Source of the DNA: Phoronis australis
Lineage: Eukaryota > Animalia > Phoronida
Assembly: GCA_002633005.1 (NCBI GenBank)
Contig: NMRA01000001.1
Location: forward strand, 3,886,102 to 3,950,101
DNA length: 64,000 nt
Direction: 5' to 3'
A program made the translations under genes and the position numbers. Under the pieces are notes generated by a model. The model was not told where the DNA came from. It ran no database searches and saw only the letters and a program-made list of their open reading frames with translations. This document shows, in pieces, positions 11,601 through 24,850 of the stretch (position 1 is its first letter; each line of letters starts with the position of its first letter).

Positions 11601-14600
11601 AGTTTGATAACAATCTCGTACTATGAAACCTTTTGCCAAAAAATAGTGCAGATGGTCTAATGCACATTGCACAGGTTGCCTGACATTTGTGCCAAACAAG
11701 GTAGAACTTGATCAAGGTCCTGAGCCATCCAACGGTTAGCATACTGCCTTTAGGATACACAAGTGTAGATGTGACAACAGGGTCTGGCTGCATTAAGGTT
11801 GTATGATAGATAGCAACAATGATGTTGTATCATCATGCATCACATTGCTATTGTCTACCAATGCAATTGACAAATCATGCAACAATCAAACATAGTCTAG
11901 TGGATAATATATCAAATTTTAAGCAACCCAGCTGAGAAAATTAGCTCTTGTAAGAAAAAAATGCACGAAATTGGATAAAAGTCTGAAAAAATGAATTTGG
12001 CCACTGAATAGTGCCCTGCAATACAACAAAGAAATTTCAACCACAGAGACTCCTATTGGTGATCGAAAAGAACTCACAAGTGATCCATCCTCTTGAATGC
12101 CTTTGAACACAGCTTACACACGTATTTCCGTTCATCACTGTGGGTGAGCTTGTGCTTAGCAAGAGCGCTGGAGTTACTGAAAGTCTTGCCACATTGCTGA
12201 CACTGGGCAGCAGTACGGCCTGGTGACCCTGACGACCTTGGTCGACCTTTGCCCCTTGGTTTTGGTGGCAGTGATGCAGGCTCTTGAGGCAGCGAATCGC
12301 CTGGAATAAACAAAGCACGTCAGTCAATGCATTTCAGTGGCTTGAAATTTCCAGAGTTTTTTTATTGGGGCCCTTAACCCTCCTTTAATTTTAATGCTTA
12401 AATCTGAACTCTTCCGCACTCTTTAAATCTGTTTAGTAAGTAAATATTTAAAGCGTTAATACTCCGCTGCATATTGTGCACAACATGTTTTGGTTTACCC
12501 TTAACCACATTCAGATAATTACCAAAGCAACAAGACTTCACCAAAATGCAAGAAATGAGCTCTTCAAAATTTTCTTGGGGTTCGGATACAAAACCTCCCA
12601 ACTGGAGAGGAACACCCCCGCCTATACCTATTGCCATGTGATCTTCAGTCAATAGTTTGTACACTTAACAACATTTCGAATCTCGATTTTCGAAGCAGAG
12701 AGCCCTGGTGTCAAAGGTCACCAAAACAACGAAGGGTGAACATTGGATTGCTTACATGAAGATTATTAATCTAACATCACACTTTCTGACTTGATGCCAA
12801 CAGAAACCACAGAAGGCATTATTCAAACACAGGGCTCTCGATATTGGGGCCCATAACCGGCTCAATTCCCCTCTCAAAAATATTCAAAAAAAAACCTCAG
12901 GAAGTCAAAAAAAAAAACCCTCTAAAATATGATAAAAAATTTCCCTCGTGGTAGAGGCACCTTTCCTCTCATGAGAGCGAGGGTCCTTAAATATTAACAC
13001 TATCCAATTCAATAATTGTGCAATTCTCTCCAAAGTTAATTTCACACAAAAACCACGTGCTAAAATTGTTTTTATTCTAGGTGAGAAATTTTTGCCACTT
13101 CCCTATTATGAAACATCCTGTCTATCTCAACTCCACCGCAACTCTACTAATACCTTTCCCATAGCCTGGCAACATCGGAGTTACCATTGGTTCTCTGGAT
13201 TAAACAACAGATGGCGTATTTGAATCATTCTCTCAAACTAATGGATTCTAGATTGATAAACATCACAATATCGATATGGACCTCTAGCCAATGACTTTTT
13301 TATTTTGCCCAGACATGTTTCTGTAATAAGATATAAGGTTGCTAATGAAAAACCAGGAAATGACAAACATCTCGCTGAGTTCTGCGTGACTGATATCGAG
13401 ACCTCTAGCCATTACTCCAGCCAACATTTCCCACTGTAATACACACAACTCTACACTTCAATCCACCTACTTTGAGGAGTTCGGCTTTACCATACAGTAG
13501 AACTCCGCAAAAAACAGAAGAGTTGTGGTATTTATGGGAAAGCGACATTTGACAAAATTCAACTCCATGGTCTGCATTAAACTAAAAAGCGTACTACCCC
13601 ACCATGGCGACCGAAGAGTTAAATCGCACATATATAGGTGGGCGTAACACTGAGCACGGATATTGTGACAATTCTTCCCATATTTAGAATGGACATTTAT
13701 TTCATCAAATTTTACGTCCAAATTATACACTAGGTCCAGTTGGGCCTGTACAATGTTTATGTCATAAAGCAACATTTAGCAAATACTTTCCATAAGTTGA
13801 AGCAAGGTAATCAGATTTTGGAAAAACAGATAAATGTTAATTTTGCCTACTGTTGTTGTGCGAAATAAGTGAATGAAACCTTTGAAATGTCAGGGGTTGT
13901 AGTTTACAGGCACTACTGATTGAGCTCCACTCTCTGGGGGGAACATTTGTGCCAGTTACTTCATGCACAGGTAGTCAAGCAAATTACCATCGGAGAAGCT
14001 GGAATTGTTTTTGGAGGCTTTCATCAATCTGGGTGCTTTTAATACTCAGAAAGAGGTTTAACGGGACGAGGAAGTACTGTAGGTAATGTAAACCGTTGGT
14101 GTTTTAAAGTGAAAATAATGAAGATAAAAGTGGAAGTTTAGCTAAATGTTGACTAGCAGCAGCTTCCCTGCGACACGTCTCAATAGTACGGTTACAAGTA
14201 TTCATTTGGAGCATGTAAACACAGAAGCTGCTATGCTCAAGATACCTCTGACATAACTTGGATTGCCTTGAAAGTTTGGGAACTCCCATATTTCAGCTAT
14301 AATAAGCGTGGACACTAGGTGCTATCAAATACTACACCTATGACACAGCGCCACCTGACACACCGTAGCTATGTGACTCATTTGAACTTGACACAAGCAT
14401 TGGTGTCAATCTGTCACTGGTTTATCAGTTAGCACGATTTGTGCCGATCCCCTTGTTCCGTCTGAACCTAAACCTGTATTAAGATGAGACCGATTACCTT
14501 TTCCTGCGAAACTGCACCTACTCATAGAACCCGCATTCAACCCTCTTTTGCAAATATATTAGAATGCATTTTTGGCTTAGTTTTCGTAAGATAGGTTTCA

Positions 14601-17600
14601 AGTTTTGCGACTCATTACGGAATATTAAAACTTTATTGGCATCAGAATAATCTAAATGCAAAATGGAAACCACCAGAGAACAACTGAGAGGCAGGTGTCC
14701 TACAGACACATAGCATTATGGGTAAATAGCGTAGAATCAGAGAGGCAGCTGTGGTGTTCCTTGAAGTAACAATTACGACATTCTTTAGGGGTAGCACGTA
14801 AGACCAAAGTTTTTGAGAGAAGCTGTGTTCAAACGACCACTGACACTGACCAACGTCAGTTTACTTAACACTCTCTACTATTTTGGCAGAGAAGTTCACT
14901 TCCCCACAGAATGTACAAAAACTAGCAGGGCTTGATTTGGCAACCTGCAGATCGCCAATGCGACATCAGATTTTGTTTGGCAGCTTGGTAAAAATCTGAA
15001 TTCTCCAGCAACCACAATACAAAATGGTCTCACTACGAAGCATGCATGATTGTCAGTTTCCTTCTTAGATAAGAGCTGAACGAGAAATGCGTGCAATGTA
15101 TCCCTGTTTTTTTCCCTTCCACTAAAAGAACAGGAAAAATCTCTGTGGCGAGTCTGGGTGTCGTGGGACTCTTGTCCCTTACGCATAGTCCCAAATGTCT
15201 GGCTTTTTCATTTTCAAATTAGGCAGCTATACGTCATTTGTGAAGGCCAGGAATTTCCCACCTTCTCTTACACCAGTGTTTCCTTATTTTGATGATCTCA
15301 TTTCCCATTTGGTAACCTGGGAGTTTTGCCAGGTTGGATTTGGCAAGTTGATGTTTTACGTTAAGTGTCGAGCCCTATGTAGTCACCAAAGGAGTTGGCG
15401 AAGCTCAGAATATTCGATCCACAACAAATGACCGGTGGTGACGCCAGTGTATTTTTTAGTTAGTACATGCAAACTCATCGAAAACCTAAGTCATATAGCC
15501 AGGTACTGGTATAGTGAATACAAAATAACGGATATACACTTGATACATTGCCAACTACCAGTGAAATTATACCCACCCATCTCTATTACTCTCTCCCACT
15601 GATCAATTTACAATGCATAACTCCAATTTATTTTTAGCAATGACCCACGTCACTGGAAAAAACTCAACTGGCTGGAATACCTTACGACCAACTATTAAAA
15701 ACAAGCACTACCCAAACAATATTACACAACTCTGTGCCCGGCAATCCACTTTGAAACCCAACGCAGTCCTGTGTCAACATCTTGAACTGCCAAAAACGTT
15801 TAAACACAACATGATACACATGATCAAGATAGCAGTCACTACCCTTCACAATAGCTGTCCCATACAAGAAAATCAATGTAGATGACCCAGAACCAATCCA
15901 TTCACAAACTGTTGAGCTTATACACAATCTATACTGAATAGTCCACAGAGTTCATTCATTGACCTTGATACCAAACATGGTTAGAAAGTTATAAACAAAA
16001 GAGCCATAAAACACTCACCTGTCTTGTAACTATAAAACATCAGGACTTGAGTAATGTAACCATAAAATTATAACTACGTTTACATACTAATTTCATGGCT
16101 TAAAATGAAAGTAAAACGCGAAGACCAGCTTATTTCAAGCTGACTCCTTTGGGGGAAATCCTGACACACACATTGAACCCTGAGGCAGGACACTCAACAC
16201 TGGTTGGCACCCAGACCCTCAGGTTAACCTGAGCTAAACAAAGACTTATCAATAGATAGTGTGGGAGGTCAAACAACAACCCTGGAGAGGCATTGTGTCT
16301 CTGTGGAATGTCCCAGCAGCTGATCAGCATGTTACTGGGTCTTTCAAGCACACAGCCCAGCAGATGTGAGAAACCGCAGTCTAATAGAATCACCAAACAA
16401 ATTTCATGAGCTTTTATTAATGAACCAGCTGTTCAACAAAAGCAATGTTTGTCAAGGTAAAAAGGAGACATTATGAAGATGGCACACGTGTCCAGTTTCA
16501 CATAATAGGGGAGCTTTTAAAGGTAGGAAACCTTTCTTTCTTGGAAAATGAGCCCACAACTATTAAATGAACAATTAACTCCAGCATTCTATTATGAAAC
16601 AACTTCTTTCTCTACTAATTCATTAAAACCGAGTTCGCGTGCACCAGCACTGTTGCCTTTGTTAATTGAAAACCTAACACTAACAATAAACTTTGTCATC
16701 TCTCATTAATCCTGCATGCAGGTACAACCATTGTTTTGGTTCACAGACTGGGCTGAAACCCAATGTTTTGGTTTCTTAAGATGGCGTTTCTAATTACAGA
16801 TGATAACACCATGGACCAAATAGAGCTCACTGATTGTTTCTTTGGAAGATAGCAATGCCAGTTCAACCTACTTAGTGCTAAAACCTCAGTGGTGTTCAAT
16901 ACTTTAATTAAAGGGCTATTTCATTTTTCCTCACCTGCTAAAATGCAGATAATGGAGCGGTTTACTGAAAGACACGTTTCAAAGCTTTTCATTTCCTAAC
17001 ATATTGTTTGAGACGTCAGGAAGGAAAAAAGAGTGATGGGGTTGGCTAACCAACCACAATTTGAAGACAGTAGAAGATGACCCTTCACTTCTTTTGGACG
17101 GTACAAAACATTTCAAGTTCAAAAATACCCTTGAAAACAGCAAGGATCGATGAAATTTTATACTACCAGGTATGACACTTTTGCTTGTTGCATTTATTTG
17201 CACACTACCAGATTCAAATTTGGTGTGACGTCATGAAATGTCTGAAACTGTTATCAGCCAGTAATAACAAAAGATATTTTGCCCCAATTCTAACTAGAAA
17301 GAATTCTAATGTCTGTACTTGATTACACATCATGGCTGTGACCTTATTTTACAAAGAAACTATAAACAATAACATTTGCGCCTAGATTTGCAGTACATTT
17401 CAAAATTGTCAACTACTTTCTCAGAAAAAATGCAAGTGGTGGAAAATATTGGAACTAGAGGTTGCGTTTTAGACACATTGCACTGATCACCTGGTTATGG
17501 AAATCTTCCTGTATTTATTAAAATAGCACGACTTGGTGATTTCCTGTAGGCAGGTCATGTGTCCCTAGAGCTGTAGGCTGAGAAGCCTTTGATATGCACA

Positions 17601-20600
17601 ACAAATTTCTACTAGATATTGAGGAGTCTTGGCTTGCATACAACACTTCGGACAACGTGAGCAAGTCATGTGACCTGTGATGTATTGATGCGGAGTTGCT
17701 GTGCCCAGTAATTATTTGGACCACCTGCCAATGCCAAATATCAAGCACATTTTAGTGGTAAAAATGTAAAAACTTATTTGTTGACATTCGTGGCTGGTTT
17801 AAACTGATAACATGTGTGACCATGGTTCAAACTCAATACAATTACAAATGTCCATGATCCTTTGTTTTTTAACCAGTGGTTTTCCTTAAAACCATCTTCA
17901 CTCACTGTATGCCAAAAACTCCTAAAATCCGTATCTAGTTGACAGGAATTTCCTACTAACACATAAATTTATGAATTATCTTATTTTTTCACGTTCTTGG
18001 AAATTGGCACCAAAAAAACAGAAGATGGTCACAGATATACCTCACTGTCTCAGATGCCTAATTGCCAATGCCACTGAAAAGACAGTGGGTAGAATTTCCC
18101 TGGCTGGTCACCCAGATGGCAACTGAATATTCAGAGAGTGTAAAAGGCACGCTATCTTCCCAACTTTACATTATGGTGTTTTTATGCTGATTTTGAGGTA
18201 ACTCTTGGACCATGTCTCGGTGCTCCAGCAGCTAAAAACGAACAACACAGGCACGCAATGGCAGAGGTTAAATATCACGTCATTTCCATAAATGGTCACA
18301 CTGCCTAAGGTTTTTGGGAAGTCTTGATGTTCAATAGGGTAGTTATAAAGGCGTACCAGTCAGTGGGAACTTCCGAAAGAGCCCCTCCGTAAGGGCTATT
18401 TCGGAAACCAGGACTGAAAAAGTCCCCCTGGAAGGTCTTTCCAGATCGTTTTGCATTTCTGATGTGGGACAAAGGTATGCAAAATGTGGTAAATTATCAT
18501 TATCTTTCAAGTTTGGTCCTTAAATATTTCAAGTCTACCGATTACTTATCAATGGAGGTGTTACGGGCTCTATAGTAGCCAAACCACTGGCTGGTATTAC
18601 AAGTGAACCATCAAGAAACAGATCATCTTTTCCAGTGCCACCATCTAATCTGAAGAGCAGTACTCTCTCTACAGCACTTTTAAAGGGCGCTGCAGTAACC
18701 AGTACAAGGTTATGAAAGATCCACGCCACTTTTTTCTGCAAAATCAATTCCGAGTCCTAGGGTGCTCTCAATAACATCAATAATATCAGCTATGATTTAT
18801 TTCATGAATGAAGTGAAGACATTACAAGAATGTGCTCACGATTTCAGATCTTCGTGTTGTTGTACTGCAAGATAATTGGAATTCTCGATGCCGGGTTTGG
18901 TTTGCGATTCCTGGGGTGAATGTTGTGATTCCTGGGGTGAATGTTGGTCAGTCCAAAACATACAAACGCTATTTGTCTTTAAATCTATGGGTGGGTCCCC
19001 ATCACTTACAAGTGTAGATGACTTTTCTTGGCATTACTTTAACTAGATCAGAGTATCTGCATGCATACTTTGCATGCCCTCAGTTACAGTGGGGAGACAA
19101 AGACATAGATTTTTTTTAAGCCTGTGTGTGAAGCAAAGGTAATGAGTGATATATTGTCGGTCTTATAGGTCTCTTGGAGTGCGAAAGCACAATTTCTTGG
19201 TAGGTATTTTGTTCATTTTTATATAAAGCGAGACCAGCTAATTAGCTGGAAACAACTGTGGAGTCGCCTGGCTCCTTCTACTGGGGATTGATGACTGTCT
19301 GGTTCCCACAAAAGTTGTGTTACCCTCTATCGGTGATCATGTCTATTCAGAGAAAGGTTCTTGACTTTAAAGATGTTCGTGCATAGTCCTAACTATGCTA
19401 ATGAATAGCAGCAACTTAACGAATGCTATTTAACATAATCTAAACTAAACAAAGTGCAGTTGTACTTGTTGACGACTTGTAAATGTGAAAACAAAAAAAA
19501 ATCTGCAAATAAGTGACATTTGCACTCATGACGTACCTCGTGGGCTCACATAGCCCGCATCATATAGTGTTATTCCCCAGTACCACGCCACTATACTTAC
19601 TGGGCACGGTTCAGTGATTTGCGGCAACTTATTTCCGACACAAAAACATTTGATAATTTTCAACCTACTTCATATTCAGATCATTGCTATACGTTGTGCT
19701 TCTAACTAATTTGGCCAGGCAATTACAGTGATAAGTAATTAGCGTGCAAGTTCCACTTTAACACAAACAGCCTCTCTAAAACCTTGTTCAAACCAAGAAC
19801 TTTCACCGGATAATAATATCCATCACAATCAAATCCATGCAGTTAACTTTTTTGAGTAGTTCATTTCCTCAAATTTCTCAACAAAATTAAACATAGACAT
19901 TTTTCCTGCAGTCATCATGAAACAGGTGGTCAAGAATATTTTGACAATTCATAGATTTGGTCAGCTTTAGCCACCTTTGAAAATTATTTTTCAGCAGAAT
20001 CATTGAAGAATTAACAAGCCCAAGAGTCAAACCCTGACTTGCATGTTTTACAGGCTGTAACCGTAGAGTCAAGGTCACATTTCTTGACAGTCGAACACAG
20101 TTATCCCAAAGATACCTTTACAGGAGGGGGAAAACTCTTATTTCATTTTGACTAACTATGGAAGGTCTTTAATGTTTTAGACTAAATTCTAATGAGCTAT
20201 ATAACCTTTTTAACTCTTGAGAAATTTTAAGGAAGTATTCTTTTTCATTTTCGTCACATAAGAGGTACGCGGAGCACAGATGATTTTTTGCTCATTTCAA
20301 CCACAGATGTGAAGATTTAAACTTTTTTGGTGTTCGACAGACTGCCTGCTCACTGCCAATGAACAACACATGAACTGTACGATACCGGCACATTCACATG
20401 TTTCGCTACGAAGAATCTATCCACTATCGAAGCCAAACTCCAAACCTCCTGCTGATGTTTTGTGCAAAACCTTGCAGAAAATGTGCATTATTATTAAAAT
20501 CAAACCTACCACGTTCATCAAATAAGGTTAAAATTTAAAAGTCAAGTTACTTCTTCAGGAATACCGTATTCGCCGTAATAACCGCCCAGGGCGCTTAGAA

Positions 20601-23280
20601 AAGTTCGGTTCAAGGGGGGCGCTTATTATAACCCAAGGCGGTTGAAATCGGTCTCCGAAACGGGTGAAATCGGAAGCTAAGATTCATCAAATTTACGTTC
20701 TTTGACGTATCTGTAATCTATGAAAGACTTCCAACAAAACTGTGGTGCATTGCTATCAAACTTAGCTGCTAAATTACGATCATTTTACAGAAAATCGTGC
20801 TCAGGGGAATCCCAGGGCGAAAACTCGCCGACTGACTGCCTCAAAATCTCCGTCTTCGATATGGCGNACATGGAGAGAAGCAAAATTGGAGGATTTTGTA
20901 AAAAGAAAAATGGTTTATCTGAATCAGCAATCTGTCGATCATCGCATTCCTGCATACTTAAGAATATCAAAACGCCATATTATCTATTATAGAATTTTTT
21001 CAAATATTAATTAAATAATAGGAATATATTATGAAGTGAAATGACAAATACGTTAATTTCAACCTGTTTTGCTCATTTGCCTAAGATGTTTTGGCACTTC
21101 AAATAGCACACTGCACATTCCCTTGATACTAAAACTCATCAAACGACAGTAAACATGCATTGCATCTTATACATTATTTAGAATAAATCTTGCAAATTAC
21201 AAAAATCCTGCGGCCTTAGAGTGTAAAAATCCCATCTAAGATGTAAATCCAAATACAAAAACAACAAATCGGTCACTAAAAACAAAATAAGGAGACACCA
21301 AACAGAGCTACCAGCATAGCATAGAAACATGGAGTCAGTTCGTCAACTCTTGGTGCCTACAGGGGTTGAACCACATAAAAAGACCGTAAAAGAAACAAAT
21401 TTAACAAACATATTACACATTATGCTACTGATCAAACAAGTTTGTTTCAAGGACTTTTGAAGGTAGTTCAAGGTTTATTCAATGCAAATTCAAGGCACAA
21501 TTTTGTGTGCGTTAACCCAAGCCCCTGTCGCAACTGTGAAAAATCTTTGAAAAAGGGAAATGAATAGGCAAACTTGATATTGTACATTGTTAATTACTAT
21601 AATGCAAAAAATGCAAACTATGAATATTGATACTTAAGGTTATTATTGTGAGAACCATGATGATCGCAAGACATTCACAACCACAAGGCAATGAACTTGT
21701 CAAAAATCTTGAAATTTGTCAACGAGACAAATGACATCTCTCACCAAGCACCTGAGAATTCAAGGGTAAAATTCCGGTTTTGGCAAGATCTACTTCTACA
21801 AGACAAAGAGCAATGCTTGTGCATTCTCCAATCTAAGTGTTATGACCTTTCACACCATACTTATTGAACATGCTCTTTAACTTCCCCATATTATTAAAAC
21901 AGCATCACTCAAAACAATTTATTTGAATTGCATGTAACGACCCCTATTGGGCATAATATCACTAGCGTCAAAAAGCAACGAATTTGCCTTTTAGAATTAT
22001 CTGACTAGTGATGAGCGTCACCTGACTTAAGCTTTCATGAAATGTTACCACAGTTTTTAAGCTTAAACAGGAAGCAAACATGAGTGTGCACTTGGTTAGA
22101 AAAAGCAGCTGTTGTGCATGATTTATTTAAACCCATGTTTTTGGCAGAAATAAAAAACAAAATACGATACACCTATTTACAATAAAGACCCCTGTTCCAA
22201 GAAAACTGACTTAGCCAAGACAAATCTTAACATTTAGTCAATTTTAAATTTGTCTCAAGTCCATGTCAAGAAAGAGATCTAAAGTTTGACTTATGTTTTT
22301 TACTTAAGTTTTGTCTCAATTTTGACTAACTTACCGGATGTGGACATTCAAAAGTTTGAAAGTTGAGACAAATCTTAAGACTCGAGTCAAAAGTGAAGTC
22401 AGTTTCTTGGAATGGTCCCCTGGTCTTTCAAATATTTTCAAGACTAAAAGCTGAAATTAAGTGCTTTTCAAGGCCAGAATTAGATTTAAGGACTATACAA
22501 GGCCAAGGCCCAAAATTCAAGGGTTCTTTTTAGACTGTACGAAGCATGAGAGAAAAACAGACATGCAACCACGTGCTGCTCACCTGTATTTGATGACTCG
22601 TTCTCTGGCAGACCAAATCGTGTGTTGGCCTCCTGATAACTATGAGGTGAGATGGTCAGATCCTGCTGAGGTTCCAGGTAGTTCTCTGATGGTTCTTCAA
22701 ACAGATCAAAGCTGTCGGCGCCGGGATTCTCCGGAAGTCGCATTTCGTTCACGCTACTTATAGTTCCCAGAATTCCTTCGGCATCCAGCTGAGGTAAGCT
22801 AGACGTGACGGCAGCATCGAAGCTGGCGTCAGGCAACATCTCCTGATCAGTGTAGTTGATTGCACTAAGCATGGCATCGCGAGGGTTCCCCGTTTGGTAC
22901 TGCAAAGCACGCGTTGCTACCACACTGCCAGTCTGTGACGTGTCAAAGCCAGGCTGGGCAAGAGTCATCTTTACGTCATCCGGAGACACATCTAGGTTTT
23001 GATTGTTTTCCTTAAAATTTATATACTTGAAATGTTGTTGATTCACGGCATGAGGCGAACGGTTGGGATCAGACATTTGCATGGGATAGTTCTGATAAAG
23101 GTTCAACTGGAAAGGGTTGTTGAAAGTCTGACTGTTGGAGAGGGTCATCTGAGATGGTGGGGGCATGAGATTGAAGGTGCCCGTATTGTGAGCCGATGGT
23201 GACTTCGCCATTTGACCGTTATTGTTGTCAAGGTGATGATCATCGCTGGAGGCCGAGTTGTGACGGAACTTAGTGGCCAT
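2598..23280 (-). CDS. ZNF541: ZNF541/TRERF1-family C2H2 zinc-finger transcriptional regulator, 5' part (continues off left edge)
   Basis: Coding exons 23280-22584, 12300-12078, 10398-9778, candidate 5789-5727 and 2694-2598 join in frame at GT-AG sites (phases 1,2,2,2; 567 codons). The three tandem fingers [80 protein letters not shown] resemble my recollection of ZNF541. The finger [23 protein letters not shown] resembles TRERF1. ELM2-SANT domains are expected beyond the window. The symbol is family-level. Confidence 0.85.
3551..3730. repeat. 83-bp minisatellite, left part (2 units)
   Basis: Units start at 3563 and 3646. Confidence 0.95.
3731..4142. mobile_element. end of a Tc1/mariner(pogo)-type element inserted at a TA in the minisatellite
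   Basis: TA|CCGTA terminus and subterminal ttaaccgccc repeats. Similar to the complete MITE at 46081-46181. Runs into the gap. Confidence 0.6.
4143..4883. other. assembly gap (741 N)
   Basis: Run of N. Confidence 1.
4884..5685. repeat. 83-bp minisatellite, right part (9 near-identical units plus a diverged terminal unit)
   Basis: Units start at 4884, 4967, 5050, 5133, 5216, 5299, 5382, 5465 and 5541 (last interval 7 bp shorter). Diverged copy at ~5617-5685. Confidence 0.97.
5727..5789 (-). CDS. candidate 63-nt symmetric (phase 2-2) exon of the ZNF541/TRERF1-like gene
   Basis: ttggttgtag| acceptor, CAG|gtaatg donor, open in the required frame ([20 protein letters not shown]). No homology support. 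Confidence 0.45.
9778..10398 (-). CDS. ZNF541: ZNF541/TRERF1-like exon: end of finger 2, finger 3, Q/P/S-rich region
   Basis: tttcag| acceptor completes ...DHL-NGHMMTH; |gtaagt donor in phase 2. Confidence 0.92.
12078..12300 (-). CDS. ZNF541: ZNF541/TRERF1-like exon with AT-hook-like KGRPR and C2H2 fingers 1-2
   Basis: tttattccag| acceptor, |gtgagt donor, C2H2 motifs in ORF 12074..12313. Confidence 0.92.
18905..18946. repeat. 21-bp tandem duplication (gattcctggggtgaatgttg)
   Basis: Two adjacent copies. Confidence 0.8.
20564..20990. mobile_element. Tc1/mariner-type non-autonomous fragment (TA|CCGTA terminus)
   Basis: taccgtattcgccgtaataaccgcccagggcg resembles the left end of the 46081 MITE. 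CpG-rich; other end not found. Confidence 0.45.
22184..22428. mobile_element. MITE with imperfect terminal inverted repeats
   Basis: ttccaagaaaactgactt (22195-22212) versus aagtcagtttcttggaa (22396-22412); outer aaagacc/ggtcttt; internal agacaaatcttaa repeats. Confidence 0.6.
22584..23280 (-). CDS. ZNF541: ZNF541/TRERF1-like first coding exon (MATKFRH...ESSNT)
   Basis: Acceptor ttgcag with exon starting at 23309, ATG in ACCATGG context, long open frame, donor CAG|GTGAGC in phase 1. Confidence 0.8.
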
Positions 23281-24099
23281 GGTCTTTACCTCATGGTTAC
23301 CATAGGAACCTGCAATTCAAACATATAGAATGCAAAGATGAAATTGTCAAATTAACTACTTTCAGTCACTCCATTCATGAAGGAACCAAATCAAAAGTAA
23401 AGTCTCCTCTTTTATGCACACACAATCTGCCAACTTTTGTTAAGTTCTACTGAGGGAGTTGGAATACGTAAAGTAAACAAAAAATGAAAATTGATACAGG
23501 AGTAGCCAAATTTGCCCCAAAATCATCCTCATCCATTGCCATGTCCATAAGAACAAATCCGACAAATTTTGTGTGAAGATCTGCAATGAGTTTAGGTGAA
23601 GATTCACCCCTTCATTACAACTACAGGCAGAGCCTTTACACAATCTTGCTATCTCTAGTCAAGATTACAGCCGTTCACTCCTGAACGGATTGTTTTAAAG
23701 TTTAGCGCTTTGTGAAAGTTCAGAACAAAGTGGTAAAAAATATTTTGTGTTTTTCCAGTAGAATACATTACCCTTGTACTGATTTCTCTTTATTGGTTAC
23801 CAAGCCATTTTCGCACCCAGTTTAGGGTCAGAAGTTTATTCGGAAATTAATGTCTTCATGAGTTGCTTAACCAGTACATGCCATGTAGGCAATTGCATTC
23901 AACAGATACCCTAGATGACTATACGTTTGTTGGGCACCAAGCAATTTTCATTAGCTAAGACTGCTTTATGGAAAAGACTTCCGTGTGGTATCAGGATAAG
24001 CTTTTCTGTAAGTCTTTCAAGACTCCCAAAACTAATAGTTATATCAAGTCTGTGACTTAGGTGCCTTATTACTTGGTGAATTCAAATTTCTCCAATTAC

Positions 24100-24850
24100 G
24101 TTGCTTTGTCATAAAATTTATTTTGTTCTTTTGTTCGCACGCTACAGATTGCAATTCTTAACAGATCAATGTGAAAATTGCACGCACGTGTTTCATGAAA
24201 GACTCATTTTTGGTTAAAATCGGAAACCAGATGGAGCTGTTGTGACCATTTTCCCCTTTTTTGGTTGTGGAGTCATAGCTCCGCTGTTTCTGGTGACATT
24301 TTTCTGATTTTTTTTCTTTGGATAAATCATCGAAAGAGCTACCGCAAATGTCCCATTTGTTTTTCTCTAGGTCTTACCATTTTCAAGATGTTCGAGATTT
24401 CATGAGAACTGGTCTCTAAATAACTAAGTTTTTGTGCCACATCTTCTGCATCCCTGGACAATTCAGCGTAATGGAAACCGTTACTTGGTACAACTTACCG
24501 TTCTCACGATATTAGAGATTTACTGCTCAGATGACTGCTCTTTTGTTGACTACTAAGCTAAAGTTGTACTTTGTTAGTCTATCATATCTGTGCTAGGGAT
24601 TGCACGTTTTATCTCACTGACATGAAATTTACATGTTAATTAATTCAATAGCTTGAGGACTTTTGTTCTTATACGAAATTGATGGTGCTGTGACGACCAT
24701 TTTACAAATTGTTTATGAAGTTCCAGCTCTGCGATTGTTTGACTGAACCTTTTCGAATTTGATACGTGAATAGTCAAGGTTCCACTGAAGCTGGCTGATA
24801 ATTACTGAAAGGTATGTCTAGTTGCACACATTTTGGGAGCTAAAATTCTG
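24100..24850. repeat. old interspersed repeat with diverged ~450-bp internal duplication
   Basis: gatggagctgttgtgaccatttt (~24230) versus gatggtgctgtgacgaccatttt (24681). Boundaries approximate. Confidence 0.35.
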
